The notes beneath the pieces are model-generated. The model saw only the letters and a program-made list of their open reading frames with translations, searched no databases and was not told the origin of the DNA. The translations under genes were made by a program, and so were the position numbers. From Myxococcales bacterium (GTDB taxonomy: Bacteria > Myxococcota_A > Polyangia > Polyangiales > Polyangiaceae), in the NCBI GenBank assembly GCA_043747615.1, contig JAYTOU010000015.1, positions 21,655 to 85,654 on the forward strand: DNA of 64,000 bases, written 5' to 3'. Position 1 is the stretch's first letter. Every line of letters starts with the position of its first letter. Shown in pieces: positions 58,885-64,000 of this stretch.

Positions 58885-60483
58885 ATGTCGACCGATCCCA
58901 AAGTTGAAGTTGGCGCGGCGCCGGCGCTTCCGACGATGCGTGAACGCGTCGCAGACCTCGAGGCGCGGCTCGCCAAGATCTACGAGATGGGCGGCACCGA
59001 GCGCGTCGACAAGCAGCACGCGCGAGGGAAGCTCACCGCCCGCGAACGGATGAAGCTCTTTTTCGACGAAGGGACCTTCTTCGAGGTCGGCGCGCACGGA
59101 ACGGCCATGGGCGCCGGCGCCGAGCCCACCGCAGCAGACGCGGTCGTCTGCGGATTCGGAAAAGTCGACGGCCGGATGGTCTGCGTCGCCGCGTACGACT
59201 TCACGGTGAAGGGCGGATCCATCGGGCAGACCGGCGAAGAGAAGGTCACCCGCCTTCGCCAGATGTCTCTTCGTGGTCGCTGGCCCATCGTGTGGTTCGT
59301 CGACTCGGGGGGAGCGCGGATCGACCCGGGCTCGAACCACCCCGACATGATCTCGCTCTTCGCGGGCTCGGGGCATTTATTCCGCGAGCAGGTGGTGATG
59401 AGCGGCGTCGTTCCCCAGGTGGCGGCCATGGTCGGGCCGGGGGCCGCTGGAACGGCTTACATTCCCGGCCTCGCAGACTACGTGCCGATGGTGAAGGGCG
59501 TGGGCAGTCTTGCCCTCGGCGGCCCCGCGCTCGTCAAGGCGGTGACGGGACAAGACATCAGCGAGCAAGACCTCGGGGGCTCGAAGATTCACTCCGAGGT
59601 GAGCGGCGTCGGCGACGGCGAATTCGAAGGCGACGCAGCGTGCATCGCGGCGACGAAGAAATACCTATCGTTTTTCCCTTCCAACTGCGACGAGCTACCG
59701 CCGGAAATTCCCTGCACCGATCCCATAGAACGGCGGGACGAAGCGCTTCTCGATCTGCTCCCGGAGTCGACGCGAAAACCGTACGACATGTACAAGCTGA
59801 TCAAGATGATCGTCGACCACGGCGATTACCTCGACATCAAGCCGCGCTGGGCGAGAAGCGTCATCACGTGCCTCGCGCGGGTCGGCGGAAGGAGCGTGGG
59901 CATCGTTGCCAACCAGCCGAATTACCTCGGCGGCATTCTCGACGTCGACTCCGCCGACAAGGCCGCGCGCTTCATCCAGATCTGCGATGCCTTCAACGTG
60001 CCGCTCGTCTTCCTGCAAGACGTACCAGGCTTCATGGTGGGCTCGAAGGTGGAGCACGCGGGGATCATCCGCCACGGAGCAAAGATGCTCCACGTGATGA
60101 GCGCGGCGACGGTCCCCAAGATCACCGTCGTGATCCGAAAGGCTTACGGTGCCGGTTACTACGTGATGTGCGGCAAGGCCTACGAGCCCGATCTCATCGT
60201 GTCGTGGCCCACGGGAGAGATCTCCGTGATGGGCGCCGAGGGCATGGTGGGCATCGCCGCGCGCAAGCTCTTCGGAGGCCAAGAGCCGACGCCCGAGATG
60301 AAGAAGATGATCACCCAGGAGATCCAGAAGAACATCGACATCTACAAAGTCGCCGGCTGGGGTCTGGTCGACGAGGTGATCGATCCGCGTGACACCCGCC
60401 GCGCCATAGCGTGGGGCCTCGAGATCAGTCGCCACAAGAAAATGGAGCGCCCCGCGCGCAAGCGAGGCGTCATTCCGGTCTAG
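58885..60483 (+). CDS. Acyl-CoA carboxylase carboxyltransferase subunit
   Basis: KQHARGKLTARER, DFTVKGGS, DSGGARI, DVPGF and RKAYGAG motifs. Confidence 0.93.
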   Translation: MSTDPKVEVGAAPALPTMRERVADLEARLAKIYEMGGTERVDKQHARGKLTARERMKLFFDEGTFFEVGAHGTAMGAGAEPTAADAVVCGFGKVDGRMVCVAAYDFTVKGGSIGQTGEEKVTRLRQMSLRGRWPIVWFVDSGGARIDPGSNHPDMISLFAGSGHLFREQVVMSGVVPQVAAMVGPGAAGTAYIPGLADYVPMVKGVGSLALGGPALVKAVTGQDISEQDLGGSKIHSEVSGVGDGEFEGDAACIAATKKYLSFFPSNCDELPPEIPCTDPIERRDEALLDLLPESTRKPYDMYKLIKMIVDHGDYLDIKPRWARSVITCLARVGGRSVGIVANQPNYLGGILDVDSADKAARFIQICDAFNVPLVFLQDVPGFMVGSKVEHAGIIRHGAKMLHVMSAATVPKITVVIRKAYGAGYYVMCGKAYEPDLIVSWPTGEISVMGAEGMVGIAARKLFGGQEPTPEMKKMITQEIQKNIDIYKVAGWGLVDEVIDPRDTRRAIAWGLEISRHKKMERPARKRGVIPV

Positions 60484-60514
60484 CCCGGCGTGCGAGGGAC
60501 GTCTGGCGTGGTGC

Positions 60515-61927
60515 TCAGCCCCGAGCGGGAGGCGGCGCGCCGCTGAGGCGGGCGAGGAGCGGGCGGACGGCGCGGTAGAGATGTGGGTAGGGGGCGAGCG
60601 ACGCAACACACGCCGTGACCCGGGCCGCGCTCGAGGTGTGCGGATCGTCACCGAACGGCGCCGCGCCACCGTCGGACGGGAGCATCGCTTCGAGCCAAGC
60701 TTTGAGCACGCTCGGGAGCTCCGGCGCATCGCATTCGCTGAGCGCGCGCGCTGCGACCGGCGCGTCGGGAGCGATGGCGAAATAGGTGACCAGGCGAATG
60801 ATGTCGCGGGGACGCGCACTGCGCGCGAGAATTTCCGCGAAGGCCGCGCTGGCCGAAGGATGAAGCGGCGCCCGGAGCATCTCCGCGCCGATGACGTCGA
60901 GCGCAGGCTCACCGCCTCGGCCCACCAGCGAACGAAGCTTTGCGAGCGTCGTCTGCCCGCGCTCGAACGAATCGGCGAGGGTGGTGGAAATGGTTGGCTC
61001 CGACCAATCAACAGGGTTCGACGACGGGCGTTCGGACGCGCTCACAGGGATGCTCGAAACCATCTGTATTTCGGCGGCGTCCGGCTCGGGGAGCTTCACG
61101 GCGAGGACGAGCTCGCCCGCTTGCTTCAAGAGCGCAGCGAGATCGGCGAGGAACGTATCGAGGTGCCAGCGCGCGCGCCGGCCGTCCGCTCCCGGTGGCG
61201 AGAGCGGGCTCTCTGCGTCTTTGTGCGCCCGCTCACCACGGTCGATGATCCACGCGAGCTCCCGCGGGTCACGGGCCACAAGGACGTCCAGCGTCGAGCG
61301 ATCGAAGACCAGCATCGTTGCTCCGCGCTCCTCGGGCGCGTCGTCGAAGCGGGGAAGGAGCGCTCCTTCACGCGGCTCCCAGTGGATGCCCATTTCGGTC
61401 GCCGCGAGCTGACGCATGGCTTCGACCACCCTTGCGTACGCCCACGGTCCGGCGGCTCCACACTTCGTCAGGCGAACACACGCCTCGAACATCGGGACGC
61501 GCAGATTGGAGGCTTGGGAGGGGGAGAAGCGTTCGTCGAACTGTGCGCAGGCTCGGGCGACCGCTTCATCGCAGAGTTTCCGTGCGTCCGTCTGCGCGAA
61601 GATTTCGGCGAGCGACGCGTCACCAGCGCTGGCACCGAGCGCGTAGACGAGCGCGGCAATGGTGCCGTCGTCCGCCGGGAGCGGGCCCTCGTCCTCGGCG
61701 GCACGGAGGTGCCTGCTTATGGCGCGGAGCACGCGCTCGAGGGCTTCGGTGTTGCCTGCCGACAAACGAAAGAGCAGCGCATCCCACGCGGCAAGATCAC
61801 GCGCGTGACGACCGAGCTGGGTCCGCGCCAGCAACCGCGCACAAGGAACGCCTTCGAAAAGCGCTCGCGCCAGTGGCAGATTCGCGACGAGCAGCTCCAC
61901 CTGCTGGTCGGGGTGAAGCTTCAGCAT
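60515..61927 (-). CDS. Hypothetical helical protein
   Basis: 470-aa ORF filling the gap, TAGAGT -10 lies 6 nt upstream of the ATG; no family recognised. Confidence 0.7.
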   Translation of the reverse strand: MLKLHPDQQVELLVANLPLARALFEGVPCARLLARTQLGRHARDLAAWDALLFRLSAGNTEALERVLRAISRHLRAAEDEGPLPADDGTIAALVYALGASAGDASLAEIFAQTDARKLCDEAVARACAQFDERFSPSQASNLRVPMFEACVRLTKCGAAGPWAYARVVEAMRQLAATEMGIHWEPREGALLPRFDDAPEERGATMLVFDRSTLDVLVARDPRELAWIIDRGERAHKDAESPLSPPGADGRRARWHLDTFLADLAALLKQAGELVLAVKLPEPDAAEIQMVSSIPVSASERPSSNPVDWSEPTISTTLADSFERGQTTLAKLRSLVGRGGEPALDVIGAEMLRAPLHPSASAAFAEILARSARPRDIIRLVTYFAIAPDAPVAARALSECDAPELPSVLKAWLEAMLPSDGGAAPFGDDPHTSSAARVTACVASLAPYPHLYRAVRPLLARLSGAPPPARG

Positions 61928-61986
61928 GCCTGCACTCTAAGCAATTGATGGGCCTGGACAAGTGGTCACGTGAGTGACCGCCGGCG

Positions 61987-63045
61987 TCATTCGATGATGG
62001 GGGCTGGCTGCGCGGTGTTGGCACGAAGGGAGCGGATTCGCAGGAGCGACGGAGGCCCGACCACCAGGTCGTCGAAGGTGTGGAGCCCGAGCGATCTGCC
62101 CGACGCCGAACGCGTATCGAGCCGCGGACGAACCTCGTAGACGCCGGGACGATCAAAGGTCCGACTCGGACACAGCGCGGCAGGGAGGATCACGATCGAG
62201 GTCTTTGCCTTGGGGGCGAGCGTCGTGAAAAACTCACGAATTCCTGCGGATTCACCGGGCCCGCCGCATCGTGTCGCCAACCCGGTCGGGCCGATGACGT
62301 CGAAGCCCAGGGTTTGCGGACGAAAGAGAAAAGTCGAAGCACGCGCGCCGGTGTTGGTCACCGAAACCGTGGCCGCGAGCTCCTCGGGCCGGGCCGCATC
62401 GAGACGAGGGGTGAGCGCAATGTCGAGCCGCGCACCGGCGACGACGGCGGGAGGAGGCTTTTGGATCGCGTCATCGTCCAGCGTGATCACGGCACCCACA
62501 ATCTCTTTGGCGGGGCTCACGGGTGATTCGGCCCCCGTCCCGGGGGAGGCACCCCCCTCGAGGCGCCGCCGCTCCTCGGCGACAGGGCTGAGTGCAGTGT
62601 CTATCGGCGCGATGACGAACGGCGCGGTGACGGTGCGGCCTGCCGTCCAACCGAAATGCGCGACGACTTTCGAGCCCACGACGAGGCGGTGATGCAGGCA
62701 ATAGAAGCGCGGATCGATCGAAGCGACGAACGCGGTCTTCGGGAAAAATACGATTCCTCCCGCTGCATCGCCCGCGGGCCGTGCGTCGTTCGGCAGCACA
62801 CAGCGTACGGCCTTTCCGGATGGAGGCGTGATCTCGAGCGAGAGCAAGCGCGCGTCTGCCACGAGGCGAAGCGGCACCTCGCCCGTATTTTCGATGCGCA
62901 GCTTCCACGCGTCTGCGGACGGCGCGGTCAGCGTGAGGACGATGCGCGGAGGATTCGTTGGTGCCGCGGGCGACTTCGGGCCTGCGAACGCCGACGTCGA
63001 AGCGAAAAAAACGAGGAGCGACGCTGTGAAGTGGCCGCTCCTCAT
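61987..63045 (-). CDS. Hypothetical exported protein
   Basis: Signal peptide MRSGHFTASLLVFFASTSAFA; two similar beta-rich halves (IENTGEVP / VTNTGARA), each with a Cys pair. Confidence 0.7.
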   Translation of the reverse strand: MRSGHFTASLLVFFASTSAFAGPKSPAAPTNPPRIVLTLTAPSADAWKLRIENTGEVPLRLVADARLLSLEITPPSGKAVRCVLPNDARPAGDAAGGIVFFPKTAFVASIDPRFYCLHHRLVVGSKVVAHFGWTAGRTVTAPFVIAPIDTALSPVAEERRRLEGGASPGTGAESPVSPAKEIVGAVITLDDDAIQKPPPAVVAGARLDIALTPRLDAARPEELAATVSVTNTGARASTFLFRPQTLGFDVIGPTGLATRCGGPGESAGIREFFTTLAPKAKTSIVILPAALCPSRTFDRPGVYEVRPRLDTRSASGRSLGLHTFDDLVVGPPSLLRIRSLRANTAQPAPIIE

Positions 63046-63055
63046 TTGCTGTCGC

Positions 63056-64000
63056 TTAGCCGCGAAGAGCTTCGAGGAGCTCGAGATCCGGAATGGCGAC
63101 CGGGAAGCGCGTGCGCACCACGCCGACGTCGTTTTCTTCGAGCAGCTTGCAGAAGGAGAGTCCATCGTAGAGGGCGATGGGGGCGGCACCCGCTGCGCCG
63201 GCTTCTTCGCGCGCGCCGGAGAGCACTTGGCCTGTCGTGATGAGCCAGCCGGCGGCGGCGGGCCCGTAGTGATGGAGAGCTCCGCGAAGATCGCTCACGC
63301 GCTCGCGGCCGAGCTCGCGCCCGTCTTTGCGAAGCACGACGGCCGTGCGAATTTCGTCCGTGCCGGTACGGTGAACGCAGGCAAAGTGTGCTTCTCCGCC
63401 CGGTGCGCCTGCCCGACGAACCGGCCGAATCTGCGACATTCCGACGCGTTCGAGCGCGAGGAGCGCGAGCTCCATGAAGGCGTGCCCCGGGAGCTCCTGC
63501 ATCCGGCGAAGGAGCATGCGGCGCGAGGCCTCGCGATAACGCTCGACCGCTGCGACCACGTCTTGCTCTAGACGAGCGAGATCAGAGCCGAGGCTCCAGT
63601 CGGTGGGTGCCACCCGTCCGCCTTGCGCGAAACGGAAGCGCGCGCGGAGGCCGTTGGCGGTGCGTCGCATGTTGTCGGCGCGCAGAGCCGCGCTGAGCTG
63701 CAGTGCCGCGAGGGCAGGATCACCGGAGAGGCGACCGCGGCGCATGAGCGCGTCTGCGAGCGAACGAACGGGAACCGCGCCTGCGTTGCGATCGAAGGAG
63801 CTGAGCACCATGATCGTCGCATCGGCGAGCTCGCGCCCGACGAGCTCTTCGCCTTCGCCGACGGGAACGTCGATGCCACTCGGAGCGCCACCGGACATGA
63901 TCTGGTAACGATCCCGCACCATCGGACGGGGCGAGGGGGCAAGCGGATCGCGCATCGAGTCGGAGTCGCCGTCCAGCGAGATGATTTGCTGGGGCTGGAT
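63056..64000 (-). CDS. HTH (HARE-like) plus degenerate Mrr-like restriction endonuclease domain protein (5' partial)
   Basis: Frame is open to the window end. ELPGHAFMELALLALERVG, V.DLRGAL, GWLITTG, A, IALYDG..LL...VGV match the Mrr_cat layout. Confidence 0.75.
   Translation of the reverse strand: MQPQQIISLDGDSDSMRDPLAPSPRPMVRDRYQIMSGGAPSGIDVPVGEGEELVGRELADATIMVLSSFDRNAGAVPVRSLADALMRRGRLSGDPALAALQLSAALRADNMRRTANGLRARFRFAQGGRVAPTDWSLGSDLARLEQDVVAAVERYREASRRMLLRRMQELPGHAFMELALLALERVGMSQIRPVRRAGAPGGEAHFACVHRTGTDEIRTAVVLRKDGRELGRERVSDLRGALHHYGPAAAGWLITTGQVLSGAREEAGAAGAAPIALYDGLSFCKLLEENDVGVVRTRFPVAIPDLELLEALRG

Overview
High-GC bacterial chromosomal segment. Gene content (FHA-domain signalling proteins, a Ser/Thr kinase, a PilA-like pilin body, sigma54 promoters, many lipoproteins) suggests Myxococcota, probably Polyangiaceae-like; this is an inference. 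Most of the window is housekeeping: icd, mdh, sucCD, ndk, dapD/dapE, radA, alaS, purF, HMG-CoA lyase, def, ribD, nrdR, rpiB, the yceD-rpmF-fab cluster and hrpA. No rRNA, tRNA, CRISPR array, transposase or prophage was recognised. The strongest unexplained signal is a candidate ~60-nt sigma54-dependent small RNA at ~40866-40926. It has a GG-N10-GC promoter, a long hairpin starting at the predicted +1, a C8 apical loop and a U-tract, and is reminiscent of Myxococcus Pxr. Other notable signals: an FHA-fused CpaF/TadA pseudo-ATPase; a kinase-FHA-degenerate GGDEF protein; an active/inactive transglutaminase-like pair; a non-cleavable pilin-like gene inside the fab cluster; an atypical MazF-fold toxin-antitoxin pair; a MarR-BKACE-crotonase-carboxyltransferase operon; a degenerate Mrr protein; and many apparently leaderless promoters.
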